A stretch of DNA of 64,000 nucleotides from Candidatus Woesearchaeota archaeon (GTDB lineage Archaea > Nanobdellota > Nanobdellia > Woesearchaeales > DSVV01). The notes beneath the pieces are model-generated. The model saw only the letters and a program-made list of their open reading frames with translations. It did not search any database and was not told where the DNA came from. The stretch covers positions 3,525 to 67,524 of the forward strand of contig JABJHR010000015.1 of the NCBI GenBank assembly GCA_018661705.1, given 5' to 3'. How positions within the stretch are numbered: position 1 is the stretch's first letter; the number at the start of each line of letters is the position of its first letter. A program made the position numbers and the translations under genes. Of the stretch, positions 28,696 to 40,023 are shown piece after piece.

Positions 28696-29955
28696 ATGAA
28701 AAAAGAGGAGTTTTATGCATTAATGGCTGTTATCATAGTTATTGGTGGGTTGATTGTTGTTGTATTTAGTGATTCTGACAAAGTTGGTCAAGGTATTCAA
28801 GCAGTTAGTACATTAAAAACACTTTCTGAAATTAAATGTTATGACAAAGATGATGGAATTAATTTTGAAGTTGCGAGTGAAACAGCAGGATTAATGAAAC
28901 TGCGTAATGGTCTTGAGCAATATAGTGTTAAGAAAGATGGGTGTTTAAATGAAAAAGTTGTTGAGTATTATTGCGATGCGCAATATATTAAAGTAGAACT
29001 TGGTGTTTGTGATGCAGGGAAAACTTGTATTAGTGGTAAATGTCAAAAAATGAGTATGTTAAAGAAAATTGTGCCGCCAAGAATTGATCCTTCTTTTTTA
29101 AAACCAAAAAGAAGAGTTATAGAAAAAGTATTTATTCCAAATAATTGGGTTGTTCCAGACATAGTAAGTCCTTATAAGGAATCAGGAGAAGAATGTGAAA
29201 CTCATGTAGAATGTAAAAGTAAAACCTGTACTAAACCAGTTGATCAATTAATGGATTCTGGTTCTGAAAATTATTGTGCATATATCTCTGAAGAAATTAA
29301 ATATTGGTTACAATCAGGACAACAAACACAAGCTAACAAGTTTATTAATCAAAATTTAGTTAATTTTCCAACACAAGGGAAAACTAATGAAGAAGTTTTA
29401 AAGTCAATTTCTAAATGGATTCATAATAATATTATGGATAACGTTAATTTAAGTAGTACTGAAAAAGGAGCTTATACTGCAGAAGATTATGTTTCTAATC
29501 AAATTGATGCACAAGGTTGTACGGATTTTGGTGTTATTTTTGCTGCATTTGCAAGAGCAAAAGGTTTTCCTACAATTTTAGTTGAAACTTATTCGTTAGC
29601 ATACCTTCATGAATTAGAACAAGGTAATAAACCAAACTATATTCCTGGGCATTTCTTTGCTAATGTTTATTTTGGTGGAGAATGGCATGTTTATAATCCA
29701 AATAATAATGATGGTGTGGGTGGGACAGGTACTTTTTTAACTCCAATTTATAATGAAGATTGTTTTGAGGACGATTCTTTATCTGGTCCTGAAGGTTGTT
29801 ATGAATTTGTAAATTCTTATAACGAAAATCTAGAATTAGATTATCAAAAATATGTTGTTACTAACAAAGGCCTAGATTTCTGGGATATGCATGGAGAAGG
29901 AAGTTGTATTGTTGATGCAAATACTGCATTGTTAGGGGTTTATGGATTACAGTAG
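28696..29955 (+). CDS. Secreted transglutaminase-like (Cys-His-Asp core) protein with N-terminal Cys-rich module
   Basis: N-terminal signal/TM anchor. A six-Cys module of about 70 aa (CYDKDDGIN...DGC...VEYYC...C..GK.C.SGKC) is shared with the next gene. A transglutaminase-like core follows (QGCTDFGVIFAAFARAKG ... HFFANVYFGGEWHVYNP). Confidence 0.55.
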   Translation: MKKEEFYALMAVIIVIGGLIVVVFSDSDKVGQGIQAVSTLKTLSEIKCYDKDDGINFEVASETAGLMKLRNGLEQYSVKKDGCLNEKVVEYYCDAQYIKVELGVCDAGKTCISGKCQKMSMLKKIVPPRIDPSFLKPKRRVIEKVFIPNNWVVPDIVSPYKESGEECETHVECKSKTCTKPVDQLMDSGSENYCAYISEEIKYWLQSGQQTQANKFINQNLVNFPTQGKTNEEVLKSISKWIHNNIMDNVNLSSTEKGAYTAEDYVSNQIDAQGCTDFGVIFAAFARAKGFPTILVETYSLAYLHELEQGNKPNYIPGHFFANVYFGGEWHVYNPNNNDGVGGTGTFLTPIYNEDCFEDDSLSGPEGCYEFVNSYNENLELDYQKYVVTNKGLDFWDMHGEGSCIVDANTALLGVYGLQ

Positions 29956-30226
29956 ATAACAGCTGTTCTAACTTTTTTATTTAGCAAATTAAAAAAATAT
30001 AATCGGCCAAATGAAAAAGAACATTATTTTTTGAATTGTGTTTGGTTCTGGAACAAAAAACCCACCACTGATTGCAACATATAAACCAATAATGAAATAT
30101 ATTACTACTAGCCAGAACCACCATTTCTTAATTAGTTTTTTACATTCCATGTTTTTATTATTATTTTTTCAGTTTATATGTTTTTCTACAAAAGTTTTAA
30201 ATATGATATAATATAATTATAGATAT

Positions 30227-33200
30227 ATGAAAAAAGAGTTTAAGATTATCTTTATTATTTTAATGCTTGTTTTAGCTGTATTTCTAACTGCATGTGATGG
30301 TGATTTAGCAGGGGAAGCACGTAAAGCAATAAAGAGAGTAAAAGGTTTACCAGCATATGATAATGTTAAGATAAAATGTACTGATTCTGATGGTGGAATA
30401 AACCTGAATGAAAAAGGAATTACAAAAGGAATGTATAGGGGCAAATATAAAATAAAAAGAGATGGTTGTAATAAAAGAGGAAAGGTTGTTGAGTATTTTT
30501 GTGATAGAAATAATAAGGTAAAAAGGATTGTTAAGAAATGCCCTAGTGGTGGTAAGTGTTATAAAGGTAGTTGTTTAAAATGTACTGATTCTGATGGTGG
30601 AATAAACCTAGAAGAAAAAGGTGAAACAAAAGGATTAATCTTGATGAAAAATGGAAAAAAGAAACAGGTTACTAAAAATGATTATTGTAAAAGAGGTAAG
30701 TTGAGAGAATACTTTTGTGGTCGCGATAATAAAATTAAATCTAAACTAAAAAGTTGTGATGGTGGTGGGGTTTGTGAATCTGGTGAATGTGTGGGGGGTT
30801 CTTTATGGACGTCTCTAGATGGTCCGCCTGGAGCAGGAAGAATAAGAAAATTAATCCAAAATCCTAACCAGCCTTATGAATTATACACACTTAACCGTCT
30901 AGGAGTTTATAAGTCTGTAAATAAGGGAGAAAACTGGCAATTAATTATTGATTCTAAAAATGTTGAAGTTGAGTCTATTGTTATTTTTGAAGATAAATTG
31001 TTTGTTTCTGGTGATGGTGTTTATTATTTAAATGAAGGTAATAATGATTTAATTAAAATTAATGGTGGTTGGTGGAATGAAATATTTGTAAGTGATAACA
31101 AACTTTTGATTTCTAGAAGAGACGGGGCAATTGAAGACGTTAAACTAATGTATGTAGATTTGGAGAATTCGTATACGGATTTGGATTCTTCCGACTGGAA
31201 TTATATCTCCCCCTCTGTTGAAGAATTAATAGATTTAGAGCCACCAAGTGAGAGCCAATACCAATTTAGTGTAGGAATTCCTCAAGTCTTAGCAATTGAA
31301 AACAGAATTTTTGCTAATGTTATTCTTGAAGTTGATGAAGCAAGCGAGTACACTAATGGTCATTTGTATGTCTCAAAGAATAATGGGGAAACATGGGATA
31401 AAGTTGATCTTGACCTTGATATTCCTCCTAACAAAATTCAGCCAATTATTAGTAATATTATCCAAAATCCTAATAATCCAAACCATATTTTATTGATGTT
31501 AAGGCATCCCATTATTCATGAATATAAATATCCTATTTCTCAATTATTAAGAGAATCTTATGATGGTGGAATAACTTGGCAACCAGTAACAGATTTAGAT
31601 GATATAGAATCTAATGGATTTCTTGGTGGAAGTATAGATGGATTGATTTATTATTTACTGGATGCTTATAGTGGTTTATCTATATTTAAATTAGATGGTT
31701 CTAATCACAAAATAATTGATATGCCAGAAATTGCTGGTCACGAAATGAGATTAGAGGATTTCCTAGTTGATCCTTATGATTCAAATATTGTATATGGAAA
31801 AACTGGACAAATTTGGGAATTTGGTTTAGTTAAGTCAGAAGATAAGATGAAAACTTGGAAAAAAATGGATAAGGATATTACAGCTTCATCACCCACTATT
31901 GTAAAAATTGATCCAACAGATCCAAACACTATTTTTACTTCTTCAAATATTCTTCAGGAAGATTACTACACTAATGACGGTGGGGTTACTTGGAAATATT
32001 TTTCACCCACAGCTTCAGTAGATGAAGTTAGCATTGATCCTCATAACCCTAATAATATTCTCATTGTAGATGAAATGACCCATGTTTTTTCCTCAAAAAA
32101 TGGGGGTCAAAATTTTGAAGAAATTAATTATAATGGATTTTATGGAAATAAAATATTTGATTTTGAAATAACTTCTGGCAATAATAAAAAAATATATGTC
32201 TCAAACTTGGGCACAGGTATTTCACAATCTGATGATTTTTCAGACTACAAAGAATTAGGTCAATGGAGTTGGAGGCATTTAACTAGTTCCTCTGATTATG
32301 CTTATGATATTGAAATTGATCCAGATGACGAGAATATTCTTTATGCCAGTTACTCACCTAAAATATTTGAAAATCATTCTGCAATCTTGAAATATGATCC
32401 TAATGATGATGGCTTTGGTTGGAGTGAAATATTAAAGGTAGAAAAATCAAAAGGAATAACCTCATTAGAATTTGATAAGATTAATTCAAATAATTTTTAT
32501 GCAGGTGTAGTTGGTGAAAAGGGAGTAATTTATCATAGCAATGATAAAGGAGATAGTTGGTCTAATTTAAATGAAGATTTAACTTTCTCAACTATTCATG
32601 CAATTGCTGTTGATCCTAATAATGAAAATGTTGTTTATGCTGCTCCTTGGGGTGGTGGTTTATTTGTTTCTCAAGATAATGGTGATTCTTGGCAAAAGAT
32701 AGAAACTCCAACAATTTCTATCCCTGCAATTATTGTTGATCCTGAATATTCTAATCACTTAATTATTGCAGATAGAACAGCACCTAAAATCTATGAGTCT
32801 TTCAATGCTGGCCAGAACTGGAACGAGCTTGTTAGTTTAGATAAAAGGGATTATTATAGGATTAGTACTATGGTTTTACATAATGGTGAACTTTATTTTA
32901 ATGTATTCAATAAAGTTACTGGTATGATCTCTTTGTTTGTTAATGGTCCTATGTCTGGGACAACATTTAAACTAGATGTTGGCGGAACATCACTTAAAAA
33001 TTCTAATGCTGGTACGCCAGTGGAAATTTCTAATGGTGTTGAGGGCGATATTATCATAAACTTTTTTTCTGATGATAATAATCTTTATTCAATTAGTCAC
33101 ATTTATGGTGTGAATAAATTAGAAGGAAGTAATTGGGTTGATATCTCTCCTGAAGTTAACATGGGTTTTAATAATATTATCTCTGATGGGGATAACAATC

Positions 33201-35020
33201 TTTACATCAGCGGGGCTTCAGATATTGATATGGATTTAAATTTTAGAATTGGTGATCCCAATATTGTTAATAATATCTATAAAAGTACAAATAATGGAGC
33301 AACTTGGGTTCCACTTTTAGAAAACAATCAATTTAATAGTGGAATTAAGAAAGTATTACAACATCCAACTAATAATAATATTCTTTTTGCTGCTACAGGT
33401 ACTGGTTTATATATTTCATTAGATCAAGGAAATAGTTGGGCTTTGCAAAATGGTTTAAACTTTAAGAACATTGGTTCAATGAGTGTTACTAATGATAATG
33501 TTTATGTTGGAACACTTGGTGGTGGTGTTTATGTTGGAAAAATAAAACCAGGTGTTATAATATCAACATTTGATGAGGGTTATGTTGGGAACATAAATCC
33601 AAATTTTTTAGTAACTTGGTCTGCTACCAATGGACCATTTCCAGAGATCTTTAACATTCAGCTAAAAGTTGATCCAACTAATTCAAATATAATTTATGCT
33701 ACTTCATTTCCTGGTGGTGTGTTTAAATCTACAGATGGTGGAATAACATGGATGGAAAGTAATTTTGCCTTGCCAAGTTTTGAAGTTCTAGATCCTTTTA
33801 CACAAGGGTATTATAGTTTAGAAATAGATCCAAATAATTCTGATGTCCTTTATTTAGGTATATTTGGTAAAGGTGTTTACAAATCAGAGGATGGGGCATC
33901 TACTTGGATTCCAATGTATGGTTCCATGGGACAAAATAAAAAAATCATGAAAAAAGGTATTACTCAAATAAAAGTTGATTCCACTGATTCAAACAAAGTA
34001 TACTTAGCAACTAATGACGGTGTTTATATCTCTGATAATGGGGCGGAAAGTTGGGAAGAGATAAATAAAGGTCTACAAACGCCTGATATAAAATCATTAA
34101 GGGTTGTTGATGATATAGTGTATGTTGGAACAGCAGGATATGGTATGTATGTTTTTAATCCAACAGAAGAAGAATGGCAAAATTTAGGAAGGACATTATC
34201 TGGTGGTTGGTGGAAACCATGGGGTAGAAGAATGTATCAATTTTCTACATTGTTATTTGATCCAGATGTGCCAGGTAAAATTTATTTTGGGAATTTCCCG
34301 GGTGGTTTTTATATTAGCGAGGATAATGGTGGTAGTTGGAAAGATTCAAGTATTGGTTTAGGAAATGACGGTGTTTTCTCTTTAAGTGTACAGCCAGATA
34401 ATCATAATATTCTTTGGGCAGGAACATATAATGGTATATCAAAATCAACAGATAAAGGAAAAACGTGGGTTATGAAAGGAAAGAATGGTGTTGAAGATTT
34501 GAAACAGAATGAAGCTTGGGAAGCTTGGGAAAATAATGTTCCTGGAATAATTCCTCCTGAGCAATGGCCCTATAATATTGTTATTGATAATAATGATCTT
34601 GAAATTATGTATATCTCAACAAAAAATGGTAGGAACATGGGGTTCTGTAATAGAAACTGTGAAAAAGAAAATTGTGATGAAAATAATTTTTGTGGGATTG
34701 TTATGAAATCAATAAATGGAGGAGAAAGTTGGTTTGAAATAATGAATGGATTAGATTGGAGCAGTGAATTTTATACTCTTATAATTTATCCGCCTAACCA
34801 TGATGTTTTATTTTTAAGTACTGATTATGGTGTTTTTCTAAGTATGGACGCAGGAAGTAATTGGGAGTCCATGGATGATGGATTACCAACTAAAAATAAT
34901 AATGTAAGAGATAATGTGGCAGATAATTTGGCTCTGAGCGTAGATAATCAATATTTATTCTTAGGCCTTGTAAAATATGGTGTTTGGAAAGCAGATTTAA
35001 GTAAGTTGGATTTATCCTAA
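30227..35020 (+). CDS. Giant secreted BNR/Asp-box repeat lipoprotein (multi-beta-propeller, sortilin/Ycf48-like) with duplicated N-terminal Cys-rich module
   Basis: Signal peptide with lipobox LTAC. Two tandem copies of the six-Cys module (CTDSDGGIN...EYFC...C..G.C). About 18 S-x-D-x-G-x-[ST]-W BNR repeats (STDGGITW, SNDKGDSW, SQDNGDSW, STDKGKTW, SINGGESW and others) spread over about 1400 aa. Confidence 0.8.
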   Translation: MKKEFKIIFIILMLVLAVFLTACDGDLAGEARKAIKRVKGLPAYDNVKIKCTDSDGGINLNEKGITKGMYRGKYKIKRDGCNKRGKVVEYFCDRNNKVKRIVKKCPSGGKCYKGSCLKCTDSDGGINLEEKGETKGLILMKNGKKKQVTKNDYCKRGKLREYFCGRDNKIKSKLKSCDGGGVCESGECVGGSLWTSLDGPPGAGRIRKLIQNPNQPYELYTLNRLGVYKSVNKGENWQLIIDSKNVEVESIVIFEDKLFVSGDGVYYLNEGNNDLIKINGGWWNEIFVSDNKLLISRRDGAIEDVKLMYVDLENSYTDLDSSDWNYISPSVEELIDLEPPSESQYQFSVGIPQVLAIENRIFANVILEVDEASEYTNGHLYVSKNNGETWDKVDLDLDIPPNKIQPIISNIIQNPNNPNHILLMLRHPIIHEYKYPISQLLRESYDGGITWQPVTDLDDIESNGFLGGSIDGLIYYLLDAYSGLSIFKLDGSNHKIIDMPEIAGHEMRLEDFLVDPYDSNIVYGKTGQIWEFGLVKSEDKMKTWKKMDKDITASSPTIVKIDPTDPNTIFTSSNILQEDYYTNDGGVTWKYFSPTASVDEVSIDPHNPNNILIVDEMTHVFSSKNGGQNFEEINYNGFYGNKIFDFEITSGNNKKIYVSNLGTGISQSDDFSDYKELGQWSWRHLTSSSDYAYDIEIDPDDENILYASYSPKIFENHSAILKYDPNDDGFGWSEILKVEKSKGITSLEFDKINSNNFYAGVVGEKGVIYHSNDKGDSWSNLNEDLTFSTIHAIAVDPNNENVVYAAPWGGGLFVSQDNGDSWQKIETPTISIPAIIVDPEYSNHLIIADRTAPKIYESFNAGQNWNELVSLDKRDYYRISTMVLHNGELYFNVFNKVTGMISLFVNGPMSGTTFKLDVGGTSLKNSNAGTPVEISNGVEGDIIINFFSDDNNLYSISHIYGVNKLEGSNWVDISPEVNMGFNNIISDGDNNLYISGASDIDMDLNFRIGDPNIVNNIYKSTNNGATWVPLLENNQFNSGIKKVLQHPTNNNILFAATGTGLYISLDQGNSWALQNGLNFKNIGSMSVTNDNVYVGTLGGGVYVGKIKPGVIISTFDEGYVGNINPNFLVTWSATNGPFPEIFNIQLKVDPTNSNIIYATSFPGGVFKSTDGGITWMESNFALPSFEVLDPFTQGYYSLEIDPNNSDVLYLGIFGKGVYKSEDGASTWIPMYGSMGQNKKIMKKGITQIKVDSTDSNKVYLATNDGVYISDNGAESWEEINKGLQTPDIKSLRVVDDIVYVGTAGYGMYVFNPTEEEWQNLGRTLSGGWWKPWGRRMYQFSTLLFDPDVPGKIYFGNFPGGFYISEDNGGSWKDSSIGLGNDGVFSLSVQPDNHNILWAGTYNGISKSTDKGKTWVMKGKNGVEDLKQNEAWEAWENNVPGIIPPEQWPYNIVIDNNDLEIMYISTKNGRNMGFCNRNCEKENCDENNFCGIVMKSINGGESWFEIMNGLDWSSEFYTLIIYPPNHDVLFLSTDYGVFLSMDAGSNWESMDDGLPTKNNNVRDNVADNLALSVDNQYLFLGLVKYGVWKADLSKLDLS

Positions 35021-35106
35021 ATTAAATGAATTAATTTTAAATATTTATAGATAGAAATCTTGGAATAGGTTAAAGAAAAGAAATAATTAAGAAAAAATAA
35101 AAATAC

Positions 35107-35706
35107 TTATTCTTCCATGAATACTTCTACATCATACTTCATTTCTTTTTCATCTTTGATCATGCCTTTTGCTTTCATGTAGTCTCTTGCAAAGATGTAG
35201 AATAGTAAGCCTAAGCTTTTCTTTCCTTTGTTGTTACATGGTATAACTAAATCAATGTTATTTGATTGATTGTTTGTATCACATAAAGCAACAACTGGAA
35301 TACCAACATGTAATGCGTCTCCGATTGCATTTCTGTCTGGCCATGAATCAGTTACAACTATAACTTTTGCTTCCATAAAGCTTTCAAGGTTTGGATTAGT
35401 TAAAATACCTGGTGGATATCTTCCTGGGAAAACTCTGATTCCAGTCATCTCATTAACCATCTTTAATGCTTTCCAACCATTTTCTCTCTTACTGATAAGT
35501 ATGATGTCTTCTGGTTCATATTGTGAAAGAAAACTAATCATTGTTCTAATTCTTTCATCTACTTTTTCTAGGTTTAATACGCATAAACCATCTGGTCTAA
35601 TCTTGTAAATGAATTTTTCCATATATTTTGTTTTAAATTTTGTCCCAATGTGTATGCCTGCTTTAAGGTATGTTTTTGTAGGCATTAGGAATTGTTCGTC
35701 AGCCAT
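35107..35706 (-). CDS. rps2: 30S ribosomal protein uS2
   Basis: Archaeal/eukaryal-type S2 (YLKAGIHIGTK...; GIPVVALCDTNN). A GGAGG motif lies 8 nt upstream of the ATG. Confidence 0.9.
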   Translation of the reverse strand: MADEQFLMPTKTYLKAGIHIGTKFKTKYMEKFIYKIRPDGLCVLNLEKVDERIRTMISFLSQYEPEDIILISKRENGWKALKMVNEMTGIRVFPGRYPPGILTNPNLESFMEAKVIVVTDSWPDRNAIGDALHVGIPVVALCDTNNQSNNIDLVIPCNNKGKKSLGLLFYIFARDYMKAKGMIKDEKEMKYDVEVFMEE

Positions 35707-35985
35707 TTTATTTGTCCTCCAATTAAATTGTTAAAATGAATCTTTTCATTTAACTTTTTTTTAATCAGCACAGAATAAGTCTTGTGCTGCAATATTCTCA
35801 GCCTTGCAACTGTTGATATTTGGTCCTTTTCAGCTATTCCAAATATCTGGCTAATATACATAAGGATCTTCTGGCCCTTTATAAAGGTTTTCCTGGATGT
35901 AGGGGTTTTTATGTGTGCTTAAGACTGTATATCATCTAAATTTAACAAACTAATAAAAAAATTAAGAAATAAAAAAACCATATGC

Positions 35986-36519
35986 TTATTCAGCAGGTGG
36001 TGGTTCATCAAGTTTTTCTTCTTCTGTGTCATCACTTGTTTCTTCTGCAACTTCTTCTGTTGTTTCTTCTTGAGGTGGTTCTGGTAATTCCTCTTCTGTG
36101 TTTTCACTTGTTTCTTCTGTAACTTCTTCAGTTTTTTCTTCTTCAACTGTAGCTTCTTCTTCAGGTTCTGCTGTTGCTTCTTCTGCAACTTCTTCAGCAG
36201 GAGCTTCTTCACCAAAGTCTTCTGAATCATTTCCTTCTGGAATTAACTCATCTTCTACTTTAGCTTTTTCTTTTTTTGGAGCTGCTTCTTCTGGTTTAGA
36301 TTGAGCTTCACCAACAACTTCCGCAAACCCTACTTTTTTGAGGACTTTTGATACTCTTACTCTTACTTCATCTCCCTCTTTAGTATTTGGAATGAATAGT
36401 ACAAATCCTTGTTTTCTAGCTATCCCATCTCCTTTTTCGCCAACTGCCTCTATCTTTACATCTATTTCTTCCCCTTCTTTAACTGGGGCAAAATTTCTTC
36501 CATGTCCACTTCTTTCCAT
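35986..36519 (-). CDS. TRAM-domain protein with long acidic E/T/P-rich C-terminal tail
   Basis: An N-terminal TRAM-like OB fold of about 65 aa (EEIDVKIEAVGEKGDGIARKQGFVLFIPNTKEGDEVRVRV). The tail of about 110 aa is low-complexity acidic. Confidence 0.6.
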   Translation of the reverse strand: MERSGHGRNFAPVKEGEEIDVKIEAVGEKGDGIARKQGFVLFIPNTKEGDEVRVRVSKVLKKVGFAEVVGEAQSKPEEAAPKKEKAKVEDELIPEGNDSEDFGEEAPAEEVAEEATAEPEEEATVEEEKTEEVTEETSENTEEELPEPPQEETTEEVAEETSDDTEEEKLDEPPPAE

Positions 36520-36715
36520 TTTTTATATTTCACCTACTACCTAATATTGTATGTTAAATACAACTTAAAGCCTAGAGAACATATTGGAATTTTTAAAGGT
36601 TACTAAAATTTCAGGTGTTTTGCATGTTTTTGAGTTTGTATCTTAGGTTATTTTAACTATCATCCAAACACAAATACTAACAACATTTAAAAAGCCACAC
36701 CCTAATCTCTTTGAT

Positions 36716-37249
36716 ATGCCAGAATATAGTTATGATATTAAAATTCCCAAAGATAGGGTTGCTGTGTTAATAGGAAAAAACGGCGAAGTAAAGAAAGCAC
36801 TAGAAGAACTTACACACACCAAGATTTCAGTTGATAGTAGAGAAGGTGATGTGATTGTTGTAGGTGAAGATCCATTAACATTATTTTCTACTAGAGATAT
36901 TATTAGGGCTATTGCAAGAGGTTTTAACCCAGATTTAGCTCAGTTATTACTTAAATCTGATTATATGTTTGAGCTTGTTGAACTCAAAGATTTTGTTAAA
37001 AATAAAAATCAAATGCCGCGAATTAAAGGAAGGATAATTGGGAAAGATGGTAAATCTAGGGAGATTATTGAATCTTTAACAGACACATATGTCTGTATAT
37101 ATGGTAAAACCATTGGGATCATTGGTTTAGGAGAAGACGTTGCAGTTGCTAGGAGAGCAATAGAAAGCCTTGTTGCAGGAAGCCCGCATTCTAATGTTTA
37201 TAAGTGGTTAGAGAAAAAAAGAAGAGAAAAAAAGCTTGACTTTGTTTAG
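36716..37249 (+). CDS. KH-domain RNA-binding protein (archaeal Dim2/Pno1-like aKH)
   Basis: Two KH-like modules with VLIGKNGE and IIGKDGKSRE GxxG loops, in about 177 aa. Confidence 0.7.
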   Translation: MPEYSYDIKIPKDRVAVLIGKNGEVKKALEELTHTKISVDSREGDVIVVGEDPLTLFSTRDIIRAIARGFNPDLAQLLLKSDYMFELVELKDFVKNKNQMPRIKGRIIGKDGKSREIIESLTDTYVCIYGKTIGIIGLGEDVAVARRAIESLVAGSPHSNVYKWLEKKRREKKLDFV

Positions 37250-37268
37250 TCAAACTTGTTTTGTTGTT

Positions 37269-38171
37269 CTATGATTTCAATTGTTTATTAATTTCAGCTT
37301 TTATAACTTTGTAAGGCTGTGCCCCTTGAAGTACTTCCCCATTAATTATTAATGTTGGGGTAAACTTAACTCCATTTGCTTTACCTTCTGTTATATCTTT
37401 ATCAACTTCTTCAGATTTTTCATGATTTGTTAAGCATTCCACAAATAAATCATAATCATCAAAATCCATTAACTCTGCCATATCTAATAAATCTTGTTCT
37501 GTTTCTTTTGGCAAATCACTGAAATATAACGCGTTATGAAATTCAATAAATCTATTTTGATCGTTTGCACATTCTGAAGCTTCTGCAGCAAGCTTAGACA
37601 GTGGATGTAATTCTTCGTTTGGAAATTGTTTATGATATATTAGAATTTTATTTCCAAAATCTTTTTTAATGTCTTTTAGTGTAACTTGCATCTCTGCGCA
37701 GTATTCACAATAAAAGTCAGAATACTCATAAATTGTTACTGTTTTTGTAATTGGAGTAACTGGTTGTGTATACTTATAAACAAAAAATAAAACCATCACA
37801 ATAATTACTAATAATATTAAATAACTCCAAAAGCTACCTTCTTTTTTTCCATTTTTTCCATTTTTTCCCATTACTATCACCCTTGTGTCTTCTTCACCTT
37901 TTTGTTTTTTAGGTGTAAGATTTTTTTTAGAATTTTTTTTAATTGTTTTTTTATCTGCCTCTTTTGGATCTACTTTTGCAGGTTTATTTATTATATCTTT
38001 AACTGCTTTTTTCTTTTTTTCCTCTTCTTTAATTTTTTTATCAACCACTTTTAGTTTTTCTTCAATCTTTTTTTTACCTTTTATATACTCCTCTTTTTTT
38101 ACAATGCCTGCTCTATAAGTTTTTTCAAAATGATCTAATTGTTTTTTTAACCGCTTTTTTTCGTTTTTCAT
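37269..38171 (-). CDS. Membrane-anchored DsbA/thioredoxin-like oxidoreductase with K-rich N-terminal region
   Basis: CEYC redox motif, a single TM (LILLVIIVMVLFFVY) and a lysine-rich coiled N-terminus. Confidence 0.55.
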   Translation of the reverse strand: MKNEKKRLKKQLDHFEKTYRAGIVKKEEYIKGKKKIEEKLKVVDKKIKEEEKKKKAVKDIINKPAKVDPKEADKKTIKKNSKKNLTPKKQKGEEDTRVIVMGKNGKNGKKEGSFWSYLILLVIIVMVLFFVYKYTQPVTPITKTVTIYEYSDFYCEYCAEMQVTLKDIKKDFGNKILIYHKQFPNEELHPLSKLAAEASECANDQNRFIEFHNALYFSDLPKETEQDLLDMAELMDFDDYDLFVECLTNHEKSEEVDKDITEGKANGVKFTPTLIINGEVLQGAQPYKVIKAEINKQLKS

Positions 38172-38435
38172 TTTTATCCACTCTCTTATTGCTATGTTTT
38201 ATCGTATTATGTACTATTATATTAACTTTTTTGATTTTTACTTTATATTTTGTTTTGCCATATATTTATAACTATTAAGTAACTTAATTAACCCATAAGG
38301 TTTTTGAGTTTATATTAATTTATGTTTCAGAGTAATCAATTCAGTGATATTTGGCATAATTAATGCCTTGTTATTTAAAATAGTCTCTTATCTAATTCAA
38401 TAATATTTATATAAAGTCCTAACATCCTGGTTTAT

Positions 38436-40022
38436 ATGGATTCCATAAAATCAAAAAAGAATGATGATATCATCAAAGGCACAATTATTGGTGGTGCTTT
38501 TAATAAGATTTTAATTAGACAAAAAACTAATCAAAATATTGAATTAGGGGAGCTTCTTGTTTCAGGAAAAAATCCTAAAATTCTACTTCAAGCATATGAT
38601 CTTATATATGGGAGCCAACTTTCACAAAATCATTTGGAATTGATTTCTGGTATGAAATTAGAACAAGGATCTTCATTAGAATTTATGGATGGGGAGCTAA
38701 GAAATTATAATCTTGTTGTTGCAAAAAATCTTATGGCATTAGATACAAACAATATTAGTAAATCTTTGCCATCTTTTTTTTCAGATGTAAATGCTTTGTC
38801 TAACGATGATTTAAAATTCTTTTCCCTGCCAAATAATCCTTTATTTTTTGGTAATCTTAGAAGTGGTTCTAATGTTTTAGAACAAACAATTAACTTAGAT
38901 GCCAAAAAAGTTTTACCTGAACATATACTTATTACTGCATCAACAGGTAAAGGAAAAAGTAATCTCACCTCTTGTTTGTTATGGTCTTTGATTGATAAAG
39001 ATGCGTGCGGCATTTTAATTTTAGATCCCCATGATGAATATTATGGTAGAAATAAAATTGGATTAAAGGATTTTTCAAAGAATTCTTTAGACAATACAAC
39101 ACAAAAAAATAAAGTGGTTTATTATTCTAAATCTCCACTTCCTGGCACAATGTCATTAAAAATTAATCTCAGTAAAATTAAACCATCACATTTTAATGGT
39201 GTGGTTAATTGGAGTGATGCACAGTATGAAGCACTTATAGCTTATCATCGTAAATATAAACAAGATTGGATTAAAGCAATATTAACTGAACAAGAAATTA
39301 ATGGTTTTCATGAAACAACATTAGCGGTTATTAAAAGGCGATTGTTAAACATATTAGACCTCCAATCTTTTGATGGGAAAATAATTTGTCAAGGTATATT
39401 TGATTTTGATGCTGGTGAAACCACTATTAGTGATGTTTGTCATGAACTAGAATTAGCAAATACAGTAATCATTGATACTTCTAATCTTTCTAGTAATGTT
39501 GAAGTTTTAGTTGGTTCTTTGATAAGTACTGAACTTTTTTATAAATATAAACGATATAAAACAACAGGCGTGTTAAAAGAAAAACCAGTTATTTCAATTG
39601 TAATTGAAGAAGCGCCGCGTGTTTTGGGAAAAGAAGTTCTAGAAAAAGGATCAAACATTTTTAGTACTCTAGCTAGGGAAGGAAGGAAATTTAAGGTTGG
39701 ATTAATTGCAATTACTCAACTCCCATCCCTTATTCCAAGACAAATCCTTGCAAATATGAACACTAAAATTATTTTAGGTATGGAAATGGGTGTTGAAAGA
39801 AGAGCAATTATTGAGTCTTCTGCACAAGATCTTAGTGATGATGAGAAAAATATTGCTTTATTAGATAAAGGAGAGGCAATTATTACTAGTAATTTTGTAA
39901 AATTTGCAACACCTATTAAAATGCCACTTTTTGAAGAAATGGTGAAAAAAGAGCAAAATTCAGCTAAAAACTCACAAAATTTAAATGTTAGGAATGATTA
40001 TACTAGTATTGGGGGTGCTTAA
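38436..40022 (+). CDS. herA: HerA/FtsK-like hexameric ATPase (HerA helicase family)
   Basis: N-terminal HAS-barrel-like region, Walker [15 protein letters not shown] and Walker B VIIDTSN, and an arginine-finger region. The size matches archaeal HerA. Confidence 0.7.
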   Translation: MDSIKSKKNDDIIKGTIIGGAFNKILIRQKTNQNIELGELLVSGKNPKILLQAYDLIYGSQLSQNHLELISGMKLEQGSSLEFMDGELRNYNLVVAKNLMALDTNNISKSLPSFFSDVNALSNDDLKFFSLPNNPLFFGNLRSGSNVLEQTINLDAKKVLPEHILITASTGKGKSNLTSCLLWSLIDKDACGILILDPHDEYYGRNKIGLKDFSKNSLDNTTQKNKVVYYSKSPLPGTMSLKINLSKIKPSHFNGVVNWSDAQYEALIAYHRKYKQDWIKAILTEQEINGFHETTLAVIKRRLLNILDLQSFDGKIICQGIFDFDAGETTISDVCHELELANTVIIDTSNLSSNVEVLVGSLISTELFYKYKRYKTTGVLKEKPVISIVIEEAPRVLGKEVLEKGSNIFSTLAREGRKFKVGLIAITQLPSLIPRQILANMNTKIILGMEMGVERRAIIESSAQDLSDDEKNIALLDKGEAIITSNFVKFATPIKMPLFEEMVKKEQNSAKNSQNLNVRNDYTSIGGA

Positions 40023-40023
40023 T

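Noticed and set aside
35919-36230. 103-aa K/Q-rich ORF overlapping the 3' part of the TRAM-domain gene in another frame
   Set aside because: Pure K/Q/L repeat translation of the GA/CT-rich acidic-tail coding region. The TRAM frame has a recognisable fold motif and a proper start.
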